This document shows, piece by piece, positions 17,677-27,903 of a stretch of DNA of 64,000 nt. Numbering within the stretch: position 1 is the first letter of the stretch; every line of letters begins with the position of its first letter. The DNA lies in the NCBI GenBank assembly GCA_050115495.1, contig JASFQK010000020.1, positions 1 through 64,000 of the forward strand, given 5' to 3'. Below the pieces are notes generated by a model. That model was not told where the DNA came from. It ran no database searches and saw only the letters and a program-made list of their open reading frames with translations. Source of the DNA: Phycisphaerae bacterium. Its GTDB lineage: Bacteria > Planctomycetota > Phycisphaerae > UBA1845 > Fen-1342. The translations under genes and the position numbers were made by a program.

Positions 17677-20600
17677 TTACGGGCCGGACAGCAGGCTGAC
17701 GAAGGGACTGATGTCGAAGTTGTTCAGTTCACCGTCGCCGTTGATGTCGCCGTTCAGAATGTTGCAATCCGGGTAGGCGGCCGCGTATCCCGCCGGGTTC
17801 GTCAGGGCCAGGATAAATGGGCTGATGTCGAAGTTGTCGACAAGGCCGTCACAGTTCATGTCTCCCGGCAGGTACTGCAACTCGCACTCGAAAGCCACGA
17901 CAACGAAGTCGTCGATCGCGGCTTCGATCAGCGAGCCGTCGCCCTCGTCCGCGGCGACGAAGCGCAGTTGAACCTGCGCGGTCGGCGTGATGAGGTCGGC
18001 GACGTCGAACGTGTGCCGGTACCAGCCGCCGCCGGCCTCGGACCCGGTGGGGCCGACGACCTCGACGTTCACCCAACTGGCGCCGCCGTCGTTCGTGATG
18101 TCAACCGTGAACACGTCCGCGTTGGGGGAGGCCCCGGTATCGTTCGAGTACCACCGCCAATAGGTGACGGTGATGTCCGTGTAAGCCGCCAGATCCAGCA
18201 TGGGGCTCTTCAACGTGGTCTTGCCGCCGTCGACATCGTAGTCACCGAGGCTGCCGCCGCGGATGTCCGTGGCCCAGCAATTGACGCCCGGGGCGGGCGT
18301 GTGGTCGTCTTCCGGCTGGGCCTCGGTGCCGACGGGATCACCCCAACTCCAGACGCCGGTGGTGGCGTCGTCGCCGGTGTCGCCGACCGTCCAGCCGGTG
18401 GAGACCTCGCAGCCGTTATCCTGGATGGTGATGAGGTTGCCAACGGTTGCGTGGTAGACGGTGTCCGGCGCATCGCGCGGCAACACGGCCGTGCCGCCGC
18501 CGTCGCCCGACGCGCTGAAGTAGAACTCGGGCGTGGCGTCGCACAGGGCGGCCGGCAGGGTCGCGTGGTAGAGGTCGCCGCCGAGCGACGTGAACGGGAC
18601 GGTCTGCCAGGCGCCGTCGTCATAGCGGTAGTACAACATGCCGGTGCCGGGCTCGTACGTTTCGGCGCCGTCGAGGATCTGCACGGGGATCGGTGTCGGC
18701 TGGCCCGGATCGATGTAATCGGGCGCGCCGTCGGGCAGGAGCAGGTGCACGGCCGGCTCCTCGCCGCCGACGGCGATGATCTGCACATCGTCGATGTTCC
18801 AGCCGCAGTACCGCCAGCCGCTGTCGGTGGCGCCCATGGTCCAGCGGAGGTAGACGGTTGGCTGGTTGTCGGCGACGTCGGAGATGTCGATCGACATCTG
18901 CGTCCATTCGGTGTCGGTGATTTCCGCCGTGTTCCGCCAGACGTTCGTCCAGGTAGTGCCGTCGTTGCTCGCGCGGACGTAAGCGTGGTCACAGTTGGGC
19001 TGCTCGACCCCCAGCCAGCGCCAGAAATTCAGCGTCACGTGGCCGAGGCCGGTGCAGTCGATCGGCTCGCTGGTGAGGTGATACTCCGGAATGTAGTTGC
19101 CGTAGTCACCGCTCAGGTTGTAGCCGTACACGTTGTCGCCGGTATAACCGCTGGTCGGGTCGGGACCGCCATACTCGCCGCCACCGCCGGTCGGCTGTCC
19201 CCAGGCCCACTGGCCCTCAACGGTCCAGCCGGGATCGGTGTCCATCGTCCATTCGTAGACCAGCATGGGAACGCCGACGTAGAGGGTCACGCCGCGGGTG
19301 CGGTTGCCGACACCGTCGGTGAGGTTGATGAAGCTGATCGTGTCCTCAAAGCCGCCGTTGCCCAGGCTGTTCGCGTCGTCGTTGATCGACACCGTCACGG
19401 TCACTGAGGTGTGAGGCGCCAGGTAGCCGGAGGCGTTGGTTACGGTCACCCAGGGCTGGATGTGGGTCACTTCGTAGTCAACGCCGTAGTCACCGATGTT
19501 CTCGACGGTGTAGTCGATGCTGTCGGGCGTGAACGGCCCGCCGCGCGGCCCTTCGGCCACGAGTTCCGCCGGCGGGGTGACGACCAGGCCCGCCATCTCG
19601 TACAGGGGTATGGTCGGATCGCCGAACAGGGTGATCTCGTAGTAGCACCAACGCATGCAGTCTTCGTTGACGCGGTAGAGGTTGTCCTCCTTCGAGTCGC
19701 AGTTGGCCGGGCCCAATTGACACTTGAACTCGTCGCGGCTGAAGACGGCGTCCCAGAACTCGCGGTGGAAGCGCTGCGAGGGGCCGTCCGTGCTGTAGTT
19801 CGCACCCCAGCCATAGCGGGCATTCATGATCACGGCGAAGGCGCCGTAGTCCGTTCCGATGTGGATCGTCTCGGCCCAGCAGTCCGTGCCGTCGAAGTGC
19901 CCGGCCAGGCAGGTCTGTGAGTCGACGAAGCACAGGGCGGTGTTGTGCAGCATGCTGACAATGGTCAAGTTCGTCAGGTTCATCGCGGAATCCGGGCTGC
20001 CGTGGCCCAGGTGGTTGAGGAAGTGCACGCCGTTGTTGATCTTGTTGACGATGTCGACCGTGTCCCAGTCCCCATCCCGCTCGTACAGCTTGTCGATTTC
20101 GTATTCGCTGGAGGGGATGCCCACCGTCGTGTAGCCGTCGGCGCTCGAGCCGTCGATGAGCTGATCCATCATGTTTCCGCCCCAGTCGGCGACACCACCG
20201 AAGCCGAGGTACTCACCCACCATCAGCACCTTCTCCGGGTGCGGATGCTGGCCGCTGAGGTACCAGATCGTCTTCGTAACGAACCGGGCGGCCTCGGTTG
20301 GGGTACCTACGGAAGCACGGCCGACGTACACGTCGGCGATCAGCTTGATGCTACCGCCGCCCGGACCGTCGTTCGGCTCGCCCCAGTAGGCGTCACCGTC
20401 GTAGTTCCAGGTGCCGTCGAGGCAGGCGAAGTAGATATCTCCGGGCATCGCCGTCTCGATGTCGCCGCCCGGATAAGCCTGCACGTACAGGTCCTTGGCG
20501 GGGATGAAGTCGTCGTCGGCACCGATGATCACGAAGCCGATGCCGTCATTCGCGAAGCAGGTGGTGATGTAGCTGCGGATCGTGTCGGGGTCGGTGCCGC

Positions 20601-21381
20601 CGGCTTCCGTCGTCGTGTGGATCTCGGTCGGAACGCCGTGAGCGTTGTGGTAGTCGGCGAGCGGCTGAAACGAGGGCGCCAGGGTCGGCGTGGTCAGAAT
20701 GAGCAGCGAGTAGTTCTGCGAGCCGCGGATGCCCGTCGCGGCATAGGTCCGCGTCTGCTCCGGATTGTCCACCTTCGACAGGACCGCCGCCTCATCTCCC
20801 GGCAGGCCGCGGTACAGCGAGGGAACGCGACCCGTTTCCACCAGCGTGACCTGCACGGTCAGGTGCGGGGCGTAGTACAGCTCGCCGCTGGCCGGCAGGT
20901 ACCGCACGGGCCGGAGCTTCACAATCAGGATCTGGTAGCCGCGAAAAGCGTGGATGCCGATCCGCTTGCCACTGGCCGGCGGGAACGGCTCGTTCGAACC
21001 GTAAATCACCGGGTCGGGCACTGGCGGCAGCGCCTGGGCCACGTCCGGCCGGAGCGGGACGGGCCGCGCGCCCGGCTCGATCCGATAACCCTGCCCGACG
21101 AGGATCCATTCGTCGGCGATGACCTGGACGTCCGCCACTTCCGTGCCGCAGGGCAGCAGGATGCGGGCGCCGCTCGCCGGCAGCAGTGGCTGGCCAGCGT
21201 TGCCGCCGTTGGCGCAGCCGGGCATGATAACGCGGTCGTAAGCCTGATCCCCCACGGTGACCGACACGACACTCGGACGTTCGAAAGCGTAGTCCACCGT
21301 CAGCGGTTCCTGAGCCGCCGCAGTCATGGCCACGCTGAGCAGTAAGAGCAGTCCCATCCCGGTTCGATAACACCAGCGCAT
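17677..21381 (-). CDS. Secreted gingipain-like (C25) cysteine peptidase with propeptide, Ig-like and two beta-sandwich modules, dockerin-like C-terminus
   Basis: GQPLLP propeptide, [16 protein letters not shown], catalytic NHLGHGS and [30 protein letters not shown] tail. Confidence 0.9.
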   Translation of the reverse strand: MRWCYRTGMGLLLLLSVAMTAAAQEPLTVDYAFERPSVVSVTVGDQAYDRVIMPGCANGGNAGQPLLPASGARILLPCGTEVADVQVIADEWILVGQGYRIEPGARPVPLRPDVAQALPPVPDPVIYGSNEPFPPASGKRIGIHAFRGYQILIVKLRPVRYLPASGELYYAPHLTVQVTLVETGRVPSLYRGLPGDEAAVLSKVDNPEQTRTYAATGIRGSQNYSLLILTTPTLAPSFQPLADYHNAHGVPTEIHTTTEAGGTDPDTIRSYITTCFANDGIGFVIIGADDDFIPAKDLYVQAYPGGDIETAMPGDIYFACLDGTWNYDGDAYWGEPNDGPGGGSIKLIADVYVGRASVGTPTEAARFVTKTIWYLSGQHPHPEKVLMVGEYLGFGGVADWGGNMMDQLIDGSSADGYTTVGIPSSEYEIDKLYERDGDWDTVDIVNKINNGVHFLNHLGHGSPDSAMNLTNLTIVSMLHNTALCFVDSQTCLAGHFDGTDCWAETIHIGTDYGAFAVIMNARYGWGANYSTDGPSQRFHREFWDAVFSRDEFKCQLGPANCDSKEDNLYRVNEDCMRWCYYEITLFGDPTIPLYEMAGLVVTPPAELVAEGPRGGPFTPDSIDYTVENIGDYGVDYEVTHIQPWVTVTNASGYLAPHTSVTVTVSINDDANSLGNGGFEDTISFINLTDGVGNRTRGVTLYVGVPMLVYEWTMDTDPGWTVEGQWAWGQPTGGGGEYGGPDPTSGYTGDNVYGYNLSGDYGNYIPEYHLTSEPIDCTGLGHVTLNFWRWLGVEQPNCDHAYVRASNDGTTWTNVWRNTAEITDTEWTQMSIDISDVADNQPTVYLRWTMGATDSGWRYCGWNIDDVQIIAVGGEEPAVHLLLPDGAPDYIDPGQPTPIPVQILDGAETYEPGTGMLYYRYDDGAWQTVPFTSLGGDLYHATLPAALCDATPEFYFSASGDGGGTAVLPRDAPDTVYHATVGNLITIQDNGCEVSTGWTVGDTGDDATTGVWSWGDPVGTEAQPEDDHTPAPGVNCWATDIRGGSLGDYDVDGGKTTLKSPMLDLAAYTDITVTYWRWYSNDTGASPNADVFTVDITNDGGASWVNVEVVGPTGSEAGGGWYRHTFDVADLITPTAQVQLRFVAADEGDGSLIEAAIDDFVVVAFECELQYLPGDMNCDGLVDNFDISPFILALTNPAGYAAAYPDCNILNGDINGDGELNNFDISPFVSLLSGP

Positions 21382-21590
21382 GTCCGACCTCCTCGAGCGA
21401 AGAAGAAATGAAGTGCTCACACGCCGCCTGGGCAGCACCCACCGGGGCACTCCCCCGATCCAGTTTACAAAGGTCTTAATCTGTATTCCAGCCGCGTATT
21501 GTCCTGAATTGGTTGGCGCCGGCGGATATATCGGACTCAGGCGTGGATGTGCGTCCCCCGTCGGTCGGCTGGCGGCACGCCAGAAAGCGA

Positions 21591-21625
21591 GCGGGGCGGC
21601 TGCGCCTCAAGCGCCGCCGCCCCGC
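21591..21625. repeat. Conserved intergenic GC stem-loop, copy 2 of 4
   Basis: GCGGGGCGGCTGCGC-CTCAA-GCGCCGCCGCCCCGC. Confidence 0.7.
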
Positions 21626-21657
21626 GCGGGTGATCCCTTACTACTGGTGCTGGCCGC

Positions 21658-24519
21658 TTACGGGTTGGTCAGCACGGTCACGAAGGGACCGATATCGAAG
21701 TTGTTCAGCTCGCCGTCGCCGTTGATGTCGCCGTTCAGGATGTTGCAGTCCGGATAGGCTTCTGCATATCCCGTCGGGTTCGTCAGGGCCATGACGAACG
21801 GGCTGATGTCGAAGTTGTCGACGAGGCTGTCACAGTTCATGTCGCCGGCGACGTACTGTAGCTCGCACTCAACACCTATGATGAGGAGGTCATCGATCGC
21901 TGCCTCGACGAGCGAACCCTGTCCCTCGTCGGCGGCGATGAAGCGCAGTTGGACCTGCGCGGTCGGCGTGACGATGTCGGCCACGTTGAACGTGTGCTGA
22001 TACCAGCCGCCGCCGGTCCCGGTCCCCGAGGGGCCGACGACCTCGACGTTCACCCAACTGCCGCCGCCGTTGTTCGTGACGTCGACCGTGAACACGTCCG
22101 TGTTGGGCGTAGCCCCAGCGTCATTCGAATACCAGCGCCAGTAGCTGATGGCCGCATAATCCTGGCCCGACAGGTCGAGCACGGGGCTCTTGAGCGTGGT
22201 TTTGCCGCCGTCGACGTCGTAGGTGCCCAGGTCACCGCCGCGGATGTCCGTGGCCCAGCAGTTCACGCCGGGGGCGAGCGTGTGGTCGTCTTCCGGTTGC
22301 GCCCCGGTACCGACGGGGTTGCCCCAGCTCCAGATACCAACCGTGGCGTCGTCGCCGGTGTCACCGACCGTCCAGCCGGTGGACGCCTCGCAGTTGTCCT
22401 CGTGCAAGGTAACGAAGGCACCGACGGGCGCGCTGTAGACAACGGCAGGCGCATCCTTCGGCTCGACGATCGTGGTGCCTCCATCGCCCGTGGCGCTGAA
22501 GTAGTATTCTGGTTCCGCGTCGCACATGGCGGCCGGCAGGATCGCCTCGTAGAAGTTGCCGCTGACAAACGTCATCGGGGCAGTTTGCCAGGCACCACCG
22601 TCATAGCGGTAGTGGAGCAGGCCGGTACCGGGCTCATACACTTCGACGGCGTTCATGATCTCGACGGTGACGGGTGTCGCCTGGCCTGGCTCGAGGATGT
22701 CGGGCACGCCCTCGGGCAGGCGGAGGCACAGGGCCGGCTCTTCTAGGCCGATGTGGATGGTCGGATCACCGAAGAGGGTGATCTCGTAGTAACACCAACG
22801 CATGCAGCTTTCGTTGATGCGGTAGAGGTTGTCTTCTTTCGAATCGCGGCTGGCCGGGCCCAACTGACACTTGAGCTCGTCCACGCTGAAGACCGCGTCC
22901 CAGAACTCGCGGTGGAAGCGCTGCGAGGGGCCGTCCAGGCTATAGCTCGTACCCCAGCCGTAGCGGGCATTCATGATCACGGCGAAGGCGCCGTAGTCCG
23001 TCCCAATGTGGATAATCTCGGCCCAGCAGTCCGTGCCATCGAAGTGGCCGGCCAGGCAGGTCTGTGAGTCGACGAAGCACAGGGTAGTGTTCGTCAACTC
23101 CAAGAGCTGGTAGTCGTACAGATTCATCGCGTGATTCGGGCTGCCGTGGCCCATATGGTTGAGGAAGTGCACGCCGTTGTTGATCTTGTTGACGATGTCG
23201 CTCGTGCCCCAGTTCTGGTCCCGCTCGTACAGCTTGTCGATTTCGTAGTCGCTCGTCGGAATGCCCACCGTCGTGTAGCCGTCGGCACTCGAACCATCGA
23301 TGAGCTGGTCCATCATGTTTCCGCCGTAGTTGGCGATGCCACCGAAGCCAAGATACTCGCCCACCATCAGCACGCGCTCCGGGTGCGGATGCTGGCCGTT
23401 GAGGTACCACAACGTCTTCGTGACGAAGCGGGCAGCCTCGGTCGCATTGTCGACCGAAGCGCGACCGACGCACACCTCGGCCAGCAGGTCGACGTCGCCG
23501 CCACCCGGACCGTCGGTCGGCTCGCCCCAGCGGGCGTCGCCGTCATAGTTCCACGTGCCGTCGAGGCAGGCGAAGTAGATGTCGCCGGGCATCGCCGTCT
23601 CGGTCTCCCCGCCGCCGGTGACGTACAGGTCCTTGGCGGGAATGTCGTCGTCGTCGGCACCGATAATCACGTACTCAATGCCGTCGTTCATGTAACGGGT
23701 CGTGATGTAGCTGCGGATCGTGTCGGGGTCGGTGCCGCCCGCTTCCGTCGTCGTATGAATCTCGGTCGGAACGCCGTGGACGTTATGGTAGGTGGCCAGC
23801 GGCTCGAACGTCGTGGCCAGCGTCGGCGTGGTCAGAATGAGGAGCGAGTAGCTGCGCGAGCCGCGGATGCCCGTCGCGGCATAGGTCCGCGTCTGCTCCG
23901 GATTGTCGACCTTGGCCAACACCGCCGCCTCATCTTCCGGCAAGCCGCGGTACAGCGAGGACGCGCGACCCGTTTCCGCCAACGTAACCTGGACGGTCAG
24001 GTGCGGGGCGTAGTACAGCTCGCCATTGGCCGGCAGGTACTGCACCGGCTGGAGCTTCACGACCAGGATCTGATAACCACGGAAACCGTAGGTGCCGATC
24101 CGCTCACCACTGGCCGGTGGGAACGGCTCATTCGAGGCGTAGATCACCGGGTCGGGCACTGGCGGCGGCGCCTGGGACACGTCCGGCCGGAGCGGGACGG
24201 GCTGCGCGCCCGGCTCGATCTGATAGCCCTGCCCGACCAGGATCCACTCGTCGGCGATGACCTGGACGTCCGCCACTTCCGTGCCGCAAGGCAGCAGGAT
24301 GCGGGCGCCGCTCGCCGGGAGCAGTGGCTGGCCAGCGTTTCCGCCGTTGGCACAACCAGGCATGACGACGCGATCGTAAGTCTGATCCCCAACGGCGACC
24401 GGAACGACATTCGGACGATCGAAGGCGTAATCCACCGACAGCGGCTCCTGAGCCGCCACGGTCGTGGCCACGCCGGCCAATAAGAGAAGTCCCAAACCGA
24501 TTCGACAACACCAGCGCAT
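21658..24519 (-). CDS. Secreted gingipain-like (C25) cysteine peptidase with dockerin-like C-terminus
   Basis: GGAGG RBS, ATG at 24519; NHMGHGS, SQTCLAG, LFGDP; close paralog of 17677-21381. Confidence 0.9.
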   Translation of the reverse strand: MRWCCRIGLGLLLLAGVATTVAAQEPLSVDYAFDRPNVVPVAVGDQTYDRVVMPGCANGGNAGQPLLPASGARILLPCGTEVADVQVIADEWILVGQGYQIEPGAQPVPLRPDVSQAPPPVPDPVIYASNEPFPPASGERIGTYGFRGYQILVVKLQPVQYLPANGELYYAPHLTVQVTLAETGRASSLYRGLPEDEAAVLAKVDNPEQTRTYAATGIRGSRSYSLLILTTPTLATTFEPLATYHNVHGVPTEIHTTTEAGGTDPDTIRSYITTRYMNDGIEYVIIGADDDDIPAKDLYVTGGGETETAMPGDIYFACLDGTWNYDGDARWGEPTDGPGGGDVDLLAEVCVGRASVDNATEAARFVTKTLWYLNGQHPHPERVLMVGEYLGFGGIANYGGNMMDQLIDGSSADGYTTVGIPTSDYEIDKLYERDQNWGTSDIVNKINNGVHFLNHMGHGSPNHAMNLYDYQLLELTNTTLCFVDSQTCLAGHFDGTDCWAEIIHIGTDYGAFAVIMNARYGWGTSYSLDGPSQRFHREFWDAVFSVDELKCQLGPASRDSKEDNLYRINESCMRWCYYEITLFGDPTIHIGLEEPALCLRLPEGVPDILEPGQATPVTVEIMNAVEVYEPGTGLLHYRYDGGAWQTAPMTFVSGNFYEAILPAAMCDAEPEYYFSATGDGGTTIVEPKDAPAVVYSAPVGAFVTLHEDNCEASTGWTVGDTGDDATVGIWSWGNPVGTGAQPEDDHTLAPGVNCWATDIRGGDLGTYDVDGGKTTLKSPVLDLSGQDYAAISYWRWYSNDAGATPNTDVFTVDVTNNGGGSWVNVEVVGPSGTGTGGGWYQHTFNVADIVTPTAQVQLRFIAADEGQGSLVEAAIDDLLIIGVECELQYVAGDMNCDSLVDNFDISPFVMALTNPTGYAEAYPDCNILNGDINGDGELNNFDIGPFVTVLTNP

Positions 24520-24766
24520 GTTCAGCCTCCTGGACAACAGAAAACAGGCGGCAAACGCCGCCAAGACAGCACCCACCCGGGCACTCTCCGTATCGTGTTC
24601 AGTATACAGAGGTCTGAATTCACGATCCAGCGAAGCCCCGGTTTCGCCGCGGACGAGACGATCGTGTTGGTTAGTTGGTGCTCGCGCGAGCCGCGCGGGC
24701 ACGAGCGGCTCGTCGACATATCGGACTAAACGCACGTGGTCCCTCGAACCCGCCCCTCAAGCAACC

Positions 24767-24798
24767 GGGGCGGCCGCGCCGCAAGACGCCGCCGCCCC
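24767..24798. repeat. Conserved intergenic GC stem-loop, copy 3 of 4
   Basis: GGGGCGGCCGCG...CGCCGCCGCCCC. Confidence 0.7.
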
Positions 24799-24828
24799 TT
24801 CCTGCTTAGCGTGATGCGAACCTGACCG

Positions 24829-27663
24829 TTACGGCTCGGTCAGCAGATTCACGAACGGGCTGATGTCGAAGTTGTTCAGCTCGCCGTCGCCGTTGATGTC
24901 GCCGTTCAGGATGTCGCAATCCGGGTAGGCGGCCGCGTATCCCGTCGGGTTCGTCAGGGCCAGCACGAACGGACTGATGTCGAAGTTGTCCACCGTGCCG
25001 TCACAGTTCATGTCGCCGACGGGCCGCGGTTCCGGCTCCAGACCCCAGATGACCACGTCGTCGATGTTCCAGCCGGAGTAGGACCAGGCGGAGGCGCCGA
25101 CGCGGTAGCCCCAACGGATGTAGACGGCGGGCTGGTTGTCGGCCCAGGCCGAGATGTCGTAGGTCTGCGGCGACCAGGCTGTCTCTTCGATCTCGGTGGA
25201 ACCGTTCACCCAAAGCTCGACCCAGTCAGCGCCGTCGACGGAGAGTTCAACCGTGGCCTCTGCGTACGGCTGGTAGTCGATGTTGAGCCAGCGCTGGAAG
25301 CACACACTCGTCCTCGTCAGGTCGGACAGGTCGACGGGCCCCATGGTCAGGTAGTACGGGCCGCCGGGTGTCGTCGAGTAATCGCCCTGGAGATTGACGC
25401 CGTAGACGTTGGTACCCGTGGCGCCGGCGGTGGGATCGGGATTCCCATGGAGGCTGCCACCCTGGCCGGTCGGCTGGCCGAAGGCCCACTGGCCCTCAAC
25501 GGTCCAGCCGGGATCGGTGTCCAGCGTCCACACGTAGATCGGCCTGGGCACGCCCACGGTGAGCGTCACGCTGCGTGCGCAACTGCCGGTGTCGTCAGTG
25601 AGGTTGACGAAGTTGATCGTGTCCTCATGGGTACCGTGGCCGAGGCTGTTGGCCTGGGCGTTGATGGACACGGTGACCGTGATCGAGTCTTGCGGGGCGA
25701 GGTAGCCGGTCGTCTCGCTCACTGTCACCCAGGGCTGGCTGTGTGTCACTTCATAGTCGACACCGTAGTCACCGATGTTCTTGACGATGTAGTCGATGCT
25801 GTCAGGCGTAAACGGGCCGCCGCTCTGACCGGTCGCGGTTAGATTCGTCCTCGGGCTGACGCTGAGACCCGACATCTCGTTAAGCGCGATAGTCGGATCG
25901 CCGAAGAGCGTCAGTTCGTAGTAGCACCAACGCATGCAGTCTTCGTTGACGCGGTAGAGGTTGTCCTCCTTCGAATCGTGGTTGGCCGTGCCTAACCGGG
26001 CCTTGTTCTCGGCGGGGTCGAAGACAGCGTCCCAGAATTGGCGGTTGAAGCGCTGCGAGGGACCGTCCGTGCTGTTGTACTGGCCCCAGCCCTCCCGGGC
26101 ATTCATCACGACCGCAAAGGCACCGTGATCCGTCTTGATGTGGATCGTCTCCGCCCAGCAATCCAGCCCGTCGAAGTGCCCGGCCAGGCAGGTCTGCGAA
26201 TACACGAAGCAGAGGGTGGTGTTGGTCAAGTCGCTGAGAAGGTCGTCGCATTCCAGCTTCATGGCTTCCACCGGGCTGCCATGCCCCAGGTGGTTGAGGA
26301 GATGCACCCCGGCGTTGATCCGGGCGACCAGCTCCGACGGTGGCCAGTCGTACTCGGGGCTGTCGTAGAGGGTCTCCACGTCGTAGTCGCTCGTCGGGAT
26401 GCCTACTGTCGTGTAGCCGTCATCGCTCGAGCCGTCGATGAGCTGATTCAGTGTGGCGGTGGCGTATTGGGCCACGCCGCCGTGGCCGAGGTACTCACCC
26501 GCCATCAGCGCGCTATCCATGTTCGGATGCTGGCCGCTGAGGTACCACATCGTCTTGGTGACGAAACGGGTAGCCTCGGTCGTGTCGCCGACGGAAGCCC
26601 GACCTACGCACACGTCGGCGACCAGGTCGACGTCGCCGCCGCCGGGACCGTCGGTCGGCTCGCCCCAGTAGGAATCGCCGTCGTAGTTCCACGTGCCGTC
26701 AAGGCAGGCGAAGTAGATGTCGCCGGGCATATCCAACTCGGTCGGACCGGTCGAAGTGAGCCGCACGAACAAATCCTTGGCGGGGATGACGTCGTCATCG
26801 CCGCCAATGATCAGGTACTCGATGCCGTCGTTCATGTAGCAGGTGGTGATGTAGTCGCGAACGGTCTCCGGATCGCTGCCCCCCGCGTCGGTCGTCGTGT
26901 GGATCTCGGTCAGCGTGTCGTGGGCGTTGTGGTAGTCGGCCAGTGGCTGGAACGCGGCAGCCAGGTCCGGCGTGGTCAGAATGAGCAGCTCGTAGCTCCG
27001 CGAGCCACGGATGCCCATCGCGGTGTAGGTCCGCGCCTGGTCCGGATTGTCCACCTTCGACAGAACTGCCGCCTCATCTTCCGGCAGGCCGCGGTACAGC
27101 GAGGGCACGCGCCCCGTTTCCGCCAGCGTGACGTGCACGGTCAGGTGCGGGGCGTAGTACAGTTCGCCGCTGGCCGGCACGTACTGCACCGGCTGGAGCT
27201 TCACAACGAGAATCTGGTAACCGCGGAAGCCGTAGGTGCCAATCCGCTCGCCACTTGCCGGTGGGAACGGGTCGTTCGAGGCGTAGATCACCGGGTCGGG
27301 CACCGGCGGCGGCGCCTGGGATGCGTCCGACCGGAGCGACACAGGCTGCGCTCCCGGCTCGATCCGGTAACCCTGCCCGACGAGGATCCACTCGTCGGCG
27401 ATGACCTGGACGTCCGCCACTTCCGTGCCGCAGGGCAGCAGGATGCGGGCGCCGCTCGCCGGCAGCAGGGGCTGGCCGGCGTTGCCACTGTTGGCGCAGC
27501 CGGCCATGATGACGCGATCGTAAGCCTGATCCCCCACGGCAACCGGCACAACATCCGGACGATCAAAGGCGTAATCCACCGACAGCGGCTCCTGAGCCAC
27601 CACGGTTGTGGCCACGCCGACCAGTAAGAGCAGTCCCATCCCGGTTCGATAGAACCCGCGCAT
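24829..27663 (-). CDS. Secreted gingipain-like (C25) cysteine peptidase with Ig-like and beta-sandwich modules, dockerin-like C-terminus
   Basis: GGAGG RBS, ATG at 27663; [36 protein letters not shown] tail. Confidence 0.9.
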   Translation of the reverse strand: MRGFYRTGMGLLLLVGVATTVVAQEPLSVDYAFDRPDVVPVAVGDQAYDRVIMAGCANSGNAGQPLLPASGARILLPCGTEVADVQVIADEWILVGQGYRIEPGAQPVSLRSDASQAPPPVPDPVIYASNDPFPPASGERIGTYGFRGYQILVVKLQPVQYVPASGELYYAPHLTVHVTLAETGRVPSLYRGLPEDEAAVLSKVDNPDQARTYTAMGIRGSRSYELLILTTPDLAAAFQPLADYHNAHDTLTEIHTTTDAGGSDPETVRDYITTCYMNDGIEYLIIGGDDDVIPAKDLFVRLTSTGPTELDMPGDIYFACLDGTWNYDGDSYWGEPTDGPGGGDVDLVADVCVGRASVGDTTEATRFVTKTMWYLSGQHPNMDSALMAGEYLGHGGVAQYATATLNQLIDGSSDDGYTTVGIPTSDYDVETLYDSPEYDWPPSELVARINAGVHLLNHLGHGSPVEAMKLECDDLLSDLTNTTLCFVYSQTCLAGHFDGLDCWAETIHIKTDHGAFAVVMNAREGWGQYNSTDGPSQRFNRQFWDAVFDPAENKARLGTANHDSKEDNLYRVNEDCMRWCYYELTLFGDPTIALNEMSGLSVSPRTNLTATGQSGGPFTPDSIDYIVKNIGDYGVDYEVTHSQPWVTVSETTGYLAPQDSITVTVSINAQANSLGHGTHEDTINFVNLTDDTGSCARSVTLTVGVPRPIYVWTLDTDPGWTVEGQWAFGQPTGQGGSLHGNPDPTAGATGTNVYGVNLQGDYSTTPGGPYYLTMGPVDLSDLTRTSVCFQRWLNIDYQPYAEATVELSVDGADWVELWVNGSTEIEETAWSPQTYDISAWADNQPAVYIRWGYRVGASAWSYSGWNIDDVVIWGLEPEPRPVGDMNCDGTVDNFDISPFVLALTNPTGYAAAYPDCDILNGDINGDGELNNFDISPFVNLLTEP

Positions 27664-27838
27664 GATGTGATCCCTCCACATTAGCGGTTACCTGACGCAA
27701 AAATGATGGTCGCCTGGACACTCACCGAGCCTTGCACGCCCTCCGTTTCGGCGACACCCCGCGTCCGCGCGGGCGCGCCCCATTACCGTCACTCGCTCCA
27801 CGGTCCATGTCGACGCGTGGCTGTGTGCCACGCACAGA

Positions 27839-27872
27839 CGGGGCGGCCGCGCCAGAAAGCGCCGCCGCCCCG
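27839..27872. repeat. Conserved intergenic GC stem-loop, copy 4 of 4
   Basis: CGGGGCGGCCGCGC-CAGAAA-GCGCCGCCGCCCCG. Confidence 0.7.
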
Positions 27873-27903
27873 CCGCTACTTGACGCGACGCAAACCCAAC
27901 CGC

